A stretch of 64,000 bases of DNA, taken from NCBI GenBank assembly GCA_977030845.1, contig OZ365110.1, positions 16,306,001 through 16,370,000 on the forward strand. Reading direction: 5' to 3'. Positions 42,307-57,858 of this stretch are shown in pieces; the stretch's first letter is position 1; every line of letters starts with the position of its first letter. The notes under the pieces were generated by a model. It was given only the letters and a program-made list of their open reading frames with translations. It made no database searches and was not told where the DNA came from. Made by a program: the position numbers and the translations under genes. The stretch comes from Fimbriosthenelais zetlandica. Taxonomy: Eukaryota.

Positions 42307-43694
42307 TACTGTTATTCTGAGATACTTTTGTAGGACACACATATAGTGTACATAAGGTTTCTGGGTGGGGGAGCTGACTGCATTTGGAGTCGATTCTTGA
42401 CAGTATTGGGTATTCAGTATATATGGGAATACATCAGGGAGCTTTCAGATATGAGAGCTCTGACAAATTCCAACATTACTTTTTCATCACTGAATTCTGT
42501 CTCCGCCTATTTTTTTTCCGCTCCAGCACATTGACTATGCCACCACCAGGTGCATGGTTTCACATAGCACATGCCATACACCAACCCACCATTTCCACTT
42601 TTAAATGTCACCCTCTCAGATATGCATTAAACCCCTCAGCTCCTGTTATCCACTCTTATTAAAGATTTTTAGGGTAGATTGTCCTGGGATAACGCCACTT
42701 GAGGGCCGGAGCTGTGTGCTGCTGCAGGAAGATTTACCAGTGTTAAAGGTGGGTCTAGTGCGTCATCTCCTTGAGTCTTGAAGCACTATACGTGGCTGTA
42801 TTTGTAGCCAGAGCTGGAGTTACTGTTTGCCCAGTCCTGGCAGTCCAAGCTACCAGACAATGATCATTACCCTGAGTTATGGTCAACCATTGTCCGGCAG
42901 ACAAGGGAAAACAGGGAAATAAAAAATGACGAGACAAGAAATGGACTCCTGAGAAGGAGGTCCAACTAAAAAGAGAGGAGACTTAAACAAGTAATGAATG
43001 AGAGCAAGAGCTCTGTCATTATGGAAAAATTTCCTTTATCCATTTCACTTAGACCAAGTGCATGATGAATATTACCATTCAATTAGCTCTCGGCTGACAA
43101 AAATGAAGCGGACTGTCCAGAGCACAATAAACATAGCTCTTAGGGTTGAGTTTCATGTATAGTGGATCTAGGCAATGAAGAGGGTATTTTATCACTGGCC
43201 GCCATACTGGCTCCTTCAGTATCTATCATATATCACATATCAGTCTCAATAAGGGACATTCTATCAGCTAATATACTTCAAGCCTCCTCCTCCTGTAAGC
43301 AAATTCAAGATTTAAACTTGATATGAAACCGTAATGGCATCCATTATGCTGGGATTATGACTAGCCATGGGAGATAAAAGTGACCATAAAAGCTACAAGA
43401 TCTGCCTCTGTCGTGGAGTAAGCTCATGGAAAATGCTCCATGGAATCTTTGAAGGTTTCGAGGGGAAGAGATACCTCCCCAACTTGATCTGATCCCCTAA
43501 AGTAAGCATCAGCTATCTACTAAGAAGAGCCAAACCCACCACCAGCCTTTCCCTTATTGATCTCATTTATTGTTTCCTGAAACACACTCTGGCGAATAGG
43601 AAGCCACTTCCGGCACAGAATGATGCCTTCCCAGCATGCACTTGTCACATCTAGAAGGAGACAGTCTGGAAATGATAAGGAACATATGAGAGTT

Positions 43695-43765
43695 GGGGAT
43701 GGGGGGGGGGGGGGGCTGGTGGGTGGGAGGGGGGGTGGGTGGGTGGTATAATAGGAGGGAGGGGG
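43695..43765 (+). repeat. G-rich low-complexity tract, potential G-quadruplex
   Basis: G15 at 43701-43715 plus multiple GGG runs (ggtgggtgggagggggggtgggtgggtgg). Confidence 0.75.
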
Positions 43766-45131
43766 AAGCTGACAATCAGTGTATCAAGAATAAAGGGGGT
43801 GGGGGGATACAGAGTGGGCCTCCGCAGACATGGATGGAAGGATGATGTTTAATATTGGATCTGGATAAACACAGATAATTCTAGGTAAATATCCATATAT
43901 AGAAGGCCTGGGAGGAGGGACTGAAGATATGCCACATAAAACAGAAGGCGGCATTTTCAGCCTCTACGTAATTATCCCCATTGCACAGAGGAAGGGAGTC
44001 CCATTTCCTCCTATCATCAAAACTTTTGAATAAGATAAGATAGGAACTTCATCCCATGTTATAATGGAGGGGGGGGGGATCTTCCATGGGAATCTTCCGT
44101 GGGATTATAGAACGTGCCTTAGACCTATAGGAGCTGATGGTTGGTATACTCAGTGATAGAAGCTTTATATATTACACTATGGTCAATATTCCAAGCTCTC
44201 TCCACCAGCTGTATTCAGCCTAATCGGATTAACAAGCCTACCTTGTCTAATTTGGACAATGTGGTACTTCAGGATGGGCAGCTGGAGGTGCTAACAATGA
44301 CCATATTGAACCCTTTGAGCCGCTTATTTCAGACATTCATTAATTAATTATTAAAGATCTTCTGTCTAATTGACAGTTTAGTCCGTGTGCCGGTGCAGGC
44401 ATTTTTAAAACATTCATAGTCAACTTTCGGTGGTCACAATGCTTCTTGGAAAAATATACTGCGATGCCATCAAGACCTGACATGGGTTTCTTTTTCCGGA
44501 ATTCCAATCAGACCATGTATGGACTTGGTAATTACTCCATAGAAATGTTTTGAACGAGCAATTGGCATTCCAGAAATAAACAATGGGATTGATAAAATAA
44601 GAAGCAAGGCAGAACAAAGCAGGCCATAATGGGTATTCAAATACATACGCCTGCTCCACCATGACTAACCGATAAGTAAATGTTATTTTGTATAAAACAT
44701 CTTAAATCATAACATAAGACAATGAGGAGTAAGACAATGCAAGTGAAAGCATATTTCCAACGGGAAATCCTTTCACAATCATGCCTTCTGGAATTACCTT
44801 TACAGCTTTTTGGTTCTGCCTACAAGAATTTGTCATATGAACTGCATTATTGGACAGGATAAGGTCACATCTTATTAGCGCTGGGAAAAGGGTCGCCCAA
44901 GATGAGCACTAATGACCGATATTAGATGACTAACAGGTAGCTTTCATATAGCTAGCTGCTTCATTAGATGCACTTAGAATATCATATATATCAACACGCT
45001 ATATGCAATAGCAAAGTGTAAGAGCGAATCAAGTGTCATATTCCAGAGCTGCACATTGCTTTTCCAATGGATCATTTGTCAAATCTGAAAAATCCGAAAA
45101 TTAAATGGAAGATCAAAGACGAACCACTTAC

Positions 45132-45260
45132 CTCCCTGATCCAACGGCTTTTCCCTTTATCCGTCTGCCACTAAGTTAAGTATGATATTTCCAAGCTAGA
45201 TACGGAGTGAAACTTTGAAGAAAATCCTCTAAAGACAACAACGTGCGTGTCTTGTAGAAT
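45132..45260 (-). other. Candidate untranslated exon with strong donor
   Basis: GAG|GTAAGTG donor at 45132 in a CpG-richer patch; 5' boundary uncertain. Confidence 0.3.
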
Positions 45261-48200
45261 TAGATTCAGTGAGTGAATGAGTATTCAGCATCAGTATTGC
45301 CTACCCAGTGGTGATCACAGGCCTTTACTTGATTGATGGTTCAATCCTCTGATAAATCCTTCAAGAATGATGATCAATGGTGATGTTAATGTTTTCACCA
45401 ATAATTCCTACTTTTCTGGTCTAACATTTTCCACGTTTCACCTTTGTTCTTCTTTGTATATCACACAGAAGACCCACACGTTTGTGGGCTGGCTCGAGGT
45501 CTCTACTCTCCCTCCTCTGGCTCTTCCAATTCACACTAAAAACCTGCAAGGACAGAAAGAAAGCAATCATTACATGGCCAATATTTGAGTGCCTTGAAAA
45601 GTGATCCATTCATTTCTAATTTGAACATTAGCCAGACCGTAAATTATGGCATGTTTTTGTGCTAGGCCCGGCGGCTAGCATCAGTGGTGGGTGGGGAGGC
45701 GCTAGGATAATTATAGGATAGAGGCATTTAATGCAGCACTAGGCTTAATATCAATTACTGAAGAGTTGACTGGGCCATAGGAGGTGTGGGAGCACAGTGT
45801 GACAACAACAGACAGGGTGGCCACACCAGGTATTAAAGATGAATTAAACATTTGGCATTTCCAAGCAAATCATCTGTATAAATTATAATATGTTCATAAG
45901 TCAAATTTAGTCGTGCTGAATGGTTTTATCAAGGACTAGATTTAAAGTCAATGACTTAATCTGTTCTCAGTTTACCCCCAATGGTGAGTGATCAGGGAAG
46001 ATAAATATTTGTTCAGTTCTCTAATAAATACTATAAAAGATGATTTCTGACACAGGTTATTTTCACAATCGCCTGTACTTAATTCATACTTTTCTCGCGC
46101 CACTTTACTATCGAAAAATTGTAAAGGCAAATCTTCACATCGAGTTCTCTGGGCCCACACAACAGGGTGGAATACATTAAGCCTATAAAAGCAAAGCAAA
46201 CACAGTCCACTTCTTGGACATCGCAAATTCATCAATGACAACACTAATTACAGGCCAGGAAAATAGAAACAAAAAGGGGAAAACAAGGGGAGTTCACTTT
46301 TTCTCTAGTCGTACGTTAATTAAATGTTGGCCAGGCCAGCCTGGACCTGAAATGTAGTTCAGGGGTTGGCAGTGTTGGGAGTCACAGTGACGGAAGTCGA
46401 TGGTTCTTTAATCACAATACATCACATGGTAGTCACATGAGCAGGCAGGGAAGTGTTGACTAATGTGTCATGATAATGGAGTGCTGGTTGAGTGGTTGCT
46501 TGAGGAGTGGTTGAGCTTTGGTCAGTAAATAATGCTAACGACAACAATTGCTGCTGTGCTCCACTCCTATATGGCCATCAACAGGCATGCACAGTGGCTG
46601 CCCAGTCCCAATACTGTTCCCATGAGTCTGCGACTGGCAGGTTCATTGGACAAAACAAAATAAAACAGATCTCACAAGGCTTATCGCATCTGCCTTGACA
46701 TTTGAGGGTTACAAACGATCCTTTTTCAACAGCTTCAGTGCTTTTCTATACCCATCGTTTCCGTGTCCTTGGAGACGAAAGGAGGGCCAGTCACAAAAAA
46801 CATATGTGAATGTTTTATTCCAAATGATGAATAAATGAGGATATAAAAGTCCAGAAAAGCCCAATCTCTTCCTCTTCCTTGTGACACGTCTTTATGACAG
46901 AAAATACCTAAAAATGAGGTGCCAAAAGTACTTGGTTGTTTTTTATGCCTCTTCGTTGTTCAATTTGTTCCACAGGACAAGCATGTTGGATCGAGGGCAT
47001 CTAGCTCAGTTAGTCTGTCATTGAAGTGCTTCACAATGGTGGTCTGTTGCTACGATCCAATACAATGATGCATGACATCAGAGGCGACATGTGGCAGTAC
47101 GCTGCGTTGATTATCACAAATAACAGCCTCCTTTTTAAAGCATTCATAAATGGCCGTCCTATACATCCTGCCACCCTCCCTCCTCAGGGCGCCATCTATC
47201 ATAGAACTCTATATGGAAAGGCTGGTTTTTCAGCTCACCTAGGTGAATTGCGTATTAAAACAAAACTCTGTCCATAATGACACATTGTCTCCCTAATAAT
47301 AACAGCCATTATTTTTCATGTGAGCCGACAAAAAGCCCATTGTTTTCCCAATCAGATTTTTTCAAAGTTTGTTTTAGAAGGTGGGATAATGGACGTTGGA
47401 GGGAGGGATGTCGATGCGTAGGACTGGGACTGGGAGGGTGGCATAGGCCTCGCTTGAAGTGCATGCCATTGGCCTGGCTTGGATTTCATTCAGAGGACTA
47501 TAGTAATTTGAATGGAATCCAAAGAAAGGATCATGAATATTAACTTTGGTGATACAAATGACACATCAATAATCATCTCATTGGTTCCATAATGAAGGTT
47601 CAGACTGAATATTGATTACCTATAGCCCTCTGTTCATGATTAAGTCATACAATAGCCCATTCATTTCACTATGGTGATCACCTTCATCAGCAGAATGAGC
47701 CTGGCACATTTGGAAATTCCATTATCTCCTAACAATATACTATAGTCTATGGAATAGACATTATCATTTGGCTGCTGTCCAAGCTGAACATAACCAGTAT
47801 AAGAGACATTGCCTATACCCCTCTAACATACCACCCATCACCCATGAAAGGATCATATATACGAATCTCAGAATACAGACACGAACTGGCATTGATGTTG
47901 TTATAGAGCACAATACAGTGGTGGAAATATAATGGACGTGCCAATATCCTTGACAGCCGTATCGATACAGAGCACTAAACGTGGTGAATGTATGTCTTGC
48001 AAACATCAAGGTAAATTATATACCCATAAAACAATATGGCTGTCCCTGCTTCAAGGGAAAAGCAAACCTGGCGCTTCAATAGATTTCTCCAGGGTTGTTC
48101 CCATGGGAACGTGGGATATGTAGCAATATGGAGGGGGTGTAAGTATAGGGGATTACAGCCATAACAGAAGGACGCTACAATGGGCGTCCATTCAATGCTT

Positions 48201-49989
48201 TTAACTCGTCTTTTCATCCTTCCTCTGGCCCTGTTTTCAAAAGAGGGGCTTACGGCAGCAGTAAAATGTGGATAGAGGGTATAGGGAGATTGGTGGAGTG
48301 CTATAGCCCGGGGTTCCCTTTCTCGATAACTAACAATAGCAAAAAAATACATCTAATCATGATGGGTATTTATAAATGAGAACAAAGAGGAGATTAAAGA
48401 CAACCTTGGTCACAGCTTCTAACAGGTTGCGTTAGGAGCGAGGAAGAAGGGGAAAATGTACGACAGTAAGACCAGACAACAGAATGGGTAAACACCACTT
48501 TCTTGCAGTCATTTCTATAGTCTCGCCTCGCGTAACAACAGATTCATCTTTCTTATCTTTTGTTCTCACTTGTCACATAATTTACAAATGTCATGAATTC
48601 CAAAGCAACGATGGCTCTGACAACATTACTGATTAATTTAATAAGTTTCATTAGACTACTTACTACTAGGTCTACTTAGTATGAAGTAAAAACATAATGT
48701 ACAAGCACATGCGCATTTATCTTGAAAACTTATCATTAAAGAAAATTACCCCATAACGTGAGGAACAAGTCAAGTATCTCTTTTTTGTGGGAGGCATGAA
48801 AAAGTACTAAAGAACCAAAATGTTAAATGAGAACTTATAGCAACAAGTCATCTGCAACACCAAGACAGAATCTCCTTTGATATCAAGCATATTCAGCCAT
48901 AACGACTCTCTCTGCCATTCATATCAGTGGCACAGAGCACAGTCTTTTTCCATGAAAGCTGATATTGTCTCAGAAATAATGTAAATCCATGGAGGGTTGC
49001 TCTGTCCCACGGATGTTAGTTTCCATAGCAACCAAATGAATAATACAGTTGTATTGTAATATAAAATGTGGGGCCCATTGCGCATACTGGGGCAAGTTGA
49101 AAGATACTCTTTAAAAGCTGACTGCAGTATGCATAAAATAGAGAGGCTGTAACTTATTGTGCCCCTCTTGGGTCAGTCAGATAAGACTGGATAATATTCA
49201 GACACATCTTCTCAACTATCTGGATATACCACATTATTGGCGTCCAGTTGCCTGCCGCCGAGGCAGTTTTGTCAAATGGCAACAAGTACTCGGTTATGTG
49301 TTAATTGGAAAAGGGCAAATAATAAAGGTGGACAATATTGCAAAGCAGGCCGGATAATTTACCTTGGGGTAAGGTTTTCATCACACAAAGTAATACTTTC
49401 CACATTTCCCAATAACACGAAAATGAGGACTGAACATATATAATTGACCATGAACATGAGTCTTGCATGTATGACATATTGAACTGCATGTGCAAACTGA
49501 TACTGCCATAAATGAGCACTGCTCTGATATCAAAGAGTCCCCCTTTCAGAAACTCACATAGTTGCCGCTCGGCATGAACATTTCTATAACAATCGATATC
49601 CCCTTACCTTATATATACATTATAATTACACATAAATATACCAGAAAGCCAATCTGAAACTATTCAACATGACTATACATATTTCATTCCTAAATTAAAG
49701 AACGAGCTGCGACATGAAATACTCAATGCACTCATTCAAATCTACGACAATGGGATAATCCATAACTGAATGATGGCAGGAAAGGCTGCACACTGATTTA
49801 TGACTTTTTCATGAATCAATTGCTCGGTCTGACCTCTATCAATCAGGCCATTAATGCAATCCAATAATCCATCACATTTACATAAAAATCACTCAGTATT
49901 AACACAGCCAGTACAATTAATTAGTCAGCGATGGTATTCAGGAAAAAGATCAAGATGCATAATAGAAACCATTTTCAGACTTTCAGAAG

Positions 49990-50170
49990 AACGGCAAGAA
50001 GAATGAAAATGAATCATAAACGGAATATAGACATGAAGAATAGAGAAAAAAAACACCAAGACGGAAATGAGCAGGTGGATGAAGGGCAGCAAAGGGAGCA
50101 ACAGCAGGAGAAGTGTAATCCTTGGGAGGAGGAGGGGAAGGAGGAGGAGGGAGGAGGCCGAGTAGAGTAT
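49990..50170 (+). repeat. Purine-rich low-complexity tract (GAA/GAG/CAG-rich)
   Basis: agaagaacggcaagaagaatgaaaatg...ggaggaggaggggaaggaggaggagggaggagg; explains the spurious ORFs at 49931-50207. Confidence 0.6.
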
Positions 50171-53100
50171 TGACTGAGGAAAGGCCTGCCTTAGTAGATA
50201 GGCTCACTAACCATGGAGAACATTGAACAAATGGTCATCATTAGTGGTGGGATGGAGGGATGGGTGGCCAGCATCGATCAGCCTGCCATTCTCACTATTG
50301 TCACACGCCTTTTATAGACTTCTCCCGCTCCGCCTTGGATTCAAGCTCCATTTCCCTTTTCTTATACGTGCCAGCCAGCAAGGCTTGGATTTGATGTGTT
50401 TTGTCAGGATTATTTACACATCTAAAAGCTTGAGAATATCAAGGAAATGTCTTCGATCAATGATGCTTTTTCTCTGAACATCCCCATGGCTCTCTATTAC
50501 CTGTAGGCCTACTAAACGACAAGGTTAAAATTCAAGATAAATCCATGATAGAAAATGGTGGCAGTCATAAGCCAAAGCATGGCATTTCTTTTAACACTGA
50601 AATTACATGGCTGAACAGCAGGATGCAGTACAGAATAAATAGGCCTATAGGCCTATATACATCCAAGAGCCAAAATAATCAGGGTATTGTACCATACATC
50701 ATGACTCCCTCCAAAGCCATATCAGGCCATAAGCAATATATATGTATGCATAACCATCCTGTCCAACACAGAGATGGCATGTCCAGGCCCTAAATATATA
50801 CAGAAGATCTATGTCCCAGCCAACTCCACTCACTCTCTCTCCTTCCTGCCTGCTACCTCTTTATGGTGCATAATACAAAGGCTTTATCCCTGGGCTGGAA
50901 GCATATATACCAGCAAGGGCCACATACATGGCCAGTTAAAAGATCCCATTGGCCTCTGGGTCACCATTCCTGATGCCCAAGAATTTCCATTTTGAGATAA
51001 ACCAAGAATGGGTTATGTATTACTGGTGCTATACCCAAATTAATGCTCCCCAATGCTCACATATTTAGAGCCTGTTTCAAGACTAGCTGACTATCATCCG
51101 TCTCTGACTGGGGTCAATTCATTAGCACCGTTCACTGGCCAGACATACGTGCTCGGCTGGCCAGAATGAAGGTCTGGCTCAGGGTAGGAGCTACTCACAT
51201 GTAGGAGTGGTCAGGGAGGAGGAGCAGCTCCTCTGCTGACCCACAAGGGATGGGGTAATGGATTGCTTGGGTAATACCCAGCGCATTACAATCACAATCC
51301 CCAACCTCCTCCAAGGGATCCCTGTGGGCAGAGCTCCTCCAGCCTCGTCCCACGGCAAGCGGCCACTCACCGGTGGATGTAGGGGGTTAATACAGCTGTG
51401 CTTACCAACAGAGGGGTAACAGGGGCTTAGCTTGGGAGCAGGCTATGGTGACTGCTTATAGCAGCTTAGCCACAGCTTCTCAGACCAAAAGGGGAGCGGT
51501 AGCACAGATCAAGTTACATCGAAGAAAAAAATCAAGCGCAAGAAAGAGAAGATCACAGTTTTTGCCCTGTAACTTAAGATGTTTTTGCCCTTGTTTCTTC
51601 CCCACCAGAGACTTTTATTGTAATGAATAATTTCCAAATGGGCACGACAAAATTACACCTCACACTTTGTCTTGGATCTCATGAGAGAAAGGCTTTTAAA
51701 ATTATTCAAATGCCTCCTGGGTGTGATGGGAAGGCAGGAAAGTGAAGAAGCCTAGGGCACCAGATTAAATTACTGTAGTTGATGCCATCTCTGGGATTCC
51801 ACATGTAAGCTGATTGGTTAAACACATTTACCTTTAAGCAAGTCCTAGTAAACAAAGGACTAAAGAAAAGTGATTTAGGGGCTTCTAGGATATTTGATAT
51901 TTCTTTTTGCCCAATGATAAACATTTGCACAATAAGGGTAGGAATTGTTACAATGGCGAACCCTAAATAAGACTGACATGCATTTCTTTCGGGTAGACTA
52001 GGAAAAAAGAAAAAGTGGCACGTTTTCTCTCATTTGCCTCTCACTTTGCATTCTAATTTTATCTTGGATTGAGTTGGATTGAGGCCAGTACTGAAAGGGC
52101 AAGATTGAGGGGCATCCGGTGCCAGTGGGACTGTAGGTTTAGATCAGAGCTTCATCTGGCTTGTAGGGGGATTATTCTTGGGGCAGGAGGATAAGCAGGG
52201 TTAGGAATCACAGCCTCAGGTGTTGAGTACCATTGTTTAAAGATAGACTTGTGGATGGTTTCAGAGTCAGTCCCCCAACATCTGGAGAGATGTCAACTTT
52301 CTGGAGAGTTTTTCTTTACAGAAAATCCAACCTGACCCTGTTAATTGTATACATATATTTGAAAACAAATGTGTAAATGTCAAGTCGTCTCTTACAGAGT
52401 GTACATGGCTTAAGTGTTACCTTCAGGCGGAAACACCTACTTCCCCTTCACATGTTGCTATGGTTACAATAAATCCCCCATTCTCTAGAGGTCAGTCTAC
52501 TCGGGGTTGAAAGTAGCAAGGAACAACAGCATGAATGATGACCTTGGTCTGGAGACAAATGACCTTGGGCAGAAGGTGTCAATACAGCAAATCCCTTTGA
52601 CCCTCACCCTCTAGAATGAGCGATGGATTCTCTAGGCGAGAACACAAGAGGGAATATAGCCCATGGACATGGACATCACTCATCATAGATGCCATAAGGG
52701 GGAAACATACATGCAATATCTAATACTCTATACAGTACACAGCATCAAAGATCAGTGAGAATATTGGTGAATATAGTATGGAAAATAGTTATCCTCGCCA
52801 TCATAACTCATCACTTGCTATATTTGATTAGATAAAATATCTGGACTAGATACTAGGCAGTCACAATGAATGGTACTCGGACTAGAAGGCATATAACTCA
52901 GTCGAGTTTATGACAGCAATCAACGACCTGAGAAGTTCTGCCAATAATCCCGAGCGGGAAGTTGATGGGTAATACAAATGGCCACTTTCATCCCTGGTAA
53001 TGCCAATAGGAAAAAGAACTTGACCAATATCTCCCTAGCCACCAAGGACAAAACAATACAATTAAGACAAAGGACAAATGGAGGGCCTTTTTACATTCCC

Positions 53101-56100
53101 TTCATAGACTGGCAGGATCTAGTTAAGCTTCCAGCATCCACATTACATGCTTGTTACTGGTAGGCTCCTCAGATCATAAAGACACCCCTGTGTCAGAGGT
53201 CATGAACTGCTTGAGCTGACCTTTTACGACCCCATTCTCAGCAGCACCACAGAGGGGCACTTCATTGTCTTCCACACCTAAAAGGCAGTACTTGTGGCGG
53301 GGCTTTTATGATGATGAGTGGTGGACGAGATAAGGGATTCATTTCGTTTAATCATCCAGATTAGAATAGCTTTGCTAGCTAGACAAACATTAACCATGTT
53401 TATAGCCACACCTCTCTAATACTGACCTACAGAATATAGACATCTATCATTCTTTCCATCCGTATTAATTGGATAATGGTTGGTGTAGTCCCCAAAACTT
53501 CCTGTAAGCACGGCTATAGCAAGCGAAAACTTGAGAATGGATTTTAGAATGGAAAATACCTGTATGAATCCCAGATACAAATTCCACTTTTCAGATACTA
53601 CTATGGCCTGAATGCCTGTACATAAGTAACCTTTCTGTATACTACTCATCTGTGCTATCAATCGGTAGTAGCATATTATAATACCGTTTTTCGAAGCTGT
53701 AGTTAGCCAATATTCTCATATATTATAGTCACTCCTTGTACACATTGGAGGATGTCAGTAAATTTTTTAAAATCACAAAATAACTGTGACTGAAAACCAA
53801 GCAATGGGCCTATTACAGGTTCACTGACCTGGAATGTTACAGCAGTTGGGACACCTGCCACAACTTTTTATAACCATCCATCTTGTCCTCTCTCCACTGC
53901 CTTGCTCCACGGTCAACACATTTTATCCTCATGCATGCTGTGCAGTACAGTACAGGAGGAAAACGATGACCTGAAAATGTTGTCATTGTTAGCTCCTATT
54001 TATGAACTTTCAAAAGGAGCGTAAGATCTATTGGCAATCGGCACAGGATTACCAAAGATTCTGGACCCAGTCTGACATGCTGAAGCTGAGTCAGATGTAG
54101 ATCTAGATACATTGCCACATCATTCAATTCCACCGTAAATACTTGGGGATATTGCCCTATTCATTCAGGGTGATCCAAGAGAACTCCCTTGTAAAACCTC
54201 CAATAAGAATTCTTCAAGCCATTGGTAATTACCAGCCTATAGGTGTTATCCAGCCCCTGCGCCAATGGGGCTGATTTGAGCCAAATGTTAAGGCCTCTTT
54301 GCTCAATGTGATTGATTAGGGGTTCAGTCCCCTCTGGGACAGGTAGAGGATAAGGTGATAAATTGGAGAAGGTGAACGGTGAAGTCTTTAACCCCGTAAT
54401 ACAAGCAATGAGCCACTATAGGCAGACCTGCGGGAAGTACACTATTCGATCAGTTACCAGAGGAACTTTAAGACACTCATTATTGATTTTTGAAATACAA
54501 AATTGAAATACATAATACAAAATATATATACATGGAAAACTAAAAGATACATGAATACAATTTGTTCAATACAGTGGACAAACCTTCATATACAACTCAG
54601 TTTAAGGTAACTTTGTCCTTCTATTTCTGTAGCATAAATATCCATGGAATCAGTGACTACACCATGAAGTGAGCAGTGACTATTAACCCATATATTAGGC
54701 CATTCAGTGTTCTTTCCGCCACAGACATGATATAAACGTTAGATGGTATGAAACACCCAGGCCTATAGAAAGAAGTCAGGCAAATGGCGGTCAGCCAAAA
54801 GCCGTGCTAAGCAACCATCAAAGTGGATGCCAGAACAATGATTTATACGCTCAACTATTGTTTAGTCAATCGACATCAAGTGCATGCATCGCCCTCCTGT
54901 ACATAAACTATCATGAAGGCAAGGTATAACATTACTTGTTTTTGTTCATGTAATGCCAGTTTGTTTACAGTTGACCGTGTGGCCTTATTACATGACTTGC
55001 CCTAGAATAGAACAAACACTACCTCAGCTTTATTTGAAATAAAAATGATTGATCCAAGGGAGATATTCGGATAGAAGCAGATACAATGCCTTTAGCATCC
55101 GCTAAATATTAGACAAACACTTAAATATTGAGTGCATCAATGTAGTAGATGTTTGTCGAAATTCAATCAAACATTGTAGAACATGAACACGAGGTATCAG
55201 TAAAAATCCAATAACACTTTTTAGATGAACCCTTTCAAATACGTTCTCTTAATATGTTTTATAACAAACCAAGACGTCCCTTTCAGACTGAAGGGTGCAG
55301 CTCATTCAAAAGTCTGCATCATTTAAATAAGAAGCTCAGGAACTGTCAATCACGATAGGCAAATAACTTCCACCGAGGAGGATGGATGCACCTTCTCGTC
55401 ATATCGATGTATGAATAGCCTCATTTGTTCAATCATCCAATCAATTACTTTGAAAATGAGGACAGGGCTGCGCTAATAATGCTCGCATAGAGATGCTGAG
55501 CTCGAGGCAAACACACATCGAGAAGACGCTATCAAACCCAATCCTATTTACCCACGGAATTAATACAAAAAAAACAACATTTCAGAACAATATGAGTAGG
55601 AACATCTAAAAGATATATATATGGGAGTATATATATATATAAGAATTTGGAAAAGACTCCACTCAGTTTCCAGAACGAGTGAACAACCTTCTTCAAGTAG
55701 GTTGGTATCATTCATTTTATTGAAAAACCAATACGTTATTTACCTTACTATAATATATTATCCCTTCACTTCCATGTACTTCACAAAGACAATCAGTGGT
55801 AGGTAGAGTGAGTAAGTGGGAGATAATGTAATAAGTAATTATGTGTTAGCATAAAGGGACTACTCATTATGTGGGTTAGTAAGGAATATTCCAGCTCCTA
55901 GCCACCATGGTGATGTATTGTTTTCCTCAGCAACCATGACACTTGTGATTTATCGACTGTTCCATTTTCTTCTCAGTTCAAGGTTGTTTCCAGATGACCA
56001 GGCACCCAGAAGTTTGTGGCACGTTTCTGGGTTAAAACCACCCAATTTTTTTAAACTCTTGGGAAAATGTTTTGTTTTTTCAAGACGTTTTTCTTCTTCT

Positions 56101-57858
56101 TGAGATGGTGCTGGGTGCAATGGTTAGGACACAGAGAGGATTGATCGCCCTGGATGCAGGAGAACCAGAGATTCGGAGGGTATAGCCAGCACTGCCTTCA
56201 ACGTAATGTGATTTTTATTCATTGATTCATGAATAGCGTTATATGAGTCACTGGGGTTCTAGGTGTGCCCCCAGACTAAACTCTATCACCCACAGCTTGC
56301 CAATATACAGCATTGTCATTTATAAGCCACTTGGGTATATCTTAGGGGTGTCGTAAAACACATTCAGGGTAGTATTGACACCCTGACCCTAAGACCCATT
56401 ATTTTGGCGCCACATAGAGAATTTTGGGAGGTCCATGGTTATTTCGATGAAAACGCAAGGCTAAAAGGACAATGAAGGTGCCACATGCAGTGGGTTCAGG
56501 AATAAGTAATTGAGAAAGAATAATGACAGGCCTTCCAAAACCCACTGACAGACACGTTCGTGTCTGAGCCCTCTGCATGAAATTTTAGGAAAGGGAGTTT
56601 AAATATAACGACTGTCCTTCCCCCCCCCCCCTATTCTGGCAGTTTTGACCCTCACAATTGCCCCCACCCACTATCAGCAAGCCGGAAGTAAAGGACAGAT
56701 CACATGACAGCCGTCACATCCGGGGCCTTGACCAGGATAGGGTTCATCCTTCATGTAGTCATGTGGATTTCAGAAAAGGTTTCACTCCCTGGCGACAAGA
56801 GACAAATAGGTTGCAATGCGGGCATGGCAGGGTATGATGAGAAGGCATCAGAAACCTTCCAAGCACTGCTAGATGCATGATAAGGATGGCAGCATGCCTA
56901 ATAATCAGTGAATGTCACTTCAGGCATGATTGAAACAAACGTGCTCCGAGGCGGCCTATGTATAATATGCAAGCCATGTTGAATATTACAAATTATACTC
57001 GTAAAGAATATTTTAACATTGTAGGCCAAATACATCAATTAAACTCTCCGTCAAGGAACATTCTCAAAGAATATCCTCAGGGCAAGAATTCTTATATAAC
57101 AATGACGTACAGAGCTATACAAATAGAGGAATGTTCTCAGTAAGAATACCACTGTCGCCAGAGATATCTAGAAATATCAAAATAATCAAGGGAATAGGAA
57201 TGTCAGTGGCACGACCTATTTTTGACGACAAATCAGCCAAGAGTTGTCACTAGGTGATCCTTGGAGATTCAGCTGGTGAGTGGGAATTGATGCTGGAAAT
57301 AAAGGACAAGGAAGGCAGCGAGTGAAGACATCGAGGATTGGGAAGTGGTGGGGCGAAAGAGAAAACACAGAGCAAAAAATTGGAAGGACAAGATTTTAAA
57401 GGCAGATTTTAATTTTAAGATGGGTTAACGGGAGGGAAAACATCCATGGACATTTTTTTAAATGGTTTGAAATATTATAGGACTACAATTTGAAAGCATG
57501 AATTTTGTCATTGAGGAATCATTTGAAATGATCGTCCCTTTCTTCAATGCCTCCTTAAAAAGAGTCTCTATTGAGATTCATACATGAAAGCAAAGAGAAA
57601 GGGTAAAAACTGTCAGAGAATCACTTTAGGATCAGCACATGCACCTGTCAAATCTATCTGTTATCTGCAACTTCGACAAGAATGTTACTTTGGGTGAATA
57701 GAAAACTTTGGTATGGCTTTTTCAGCATCCAACAATCCTTCCACAAAGCACAATATAGGTCATGAATCATGAGAAAAACTTCGAGCTACAGACTTTCAAA
57801 GACGATCCCTGTCTGTAATCCATTCCCATTTCTCTTCACCTATTTCCTGCAAGCTTAC

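Noticed and set aside
45302-45347. Second tRNA/SINE head (weak A box plus GGTTCAATCC)
   Set aside because: Box spacing is too short, with no cloverleaf and no similarity to the 37.9-kb SINE.
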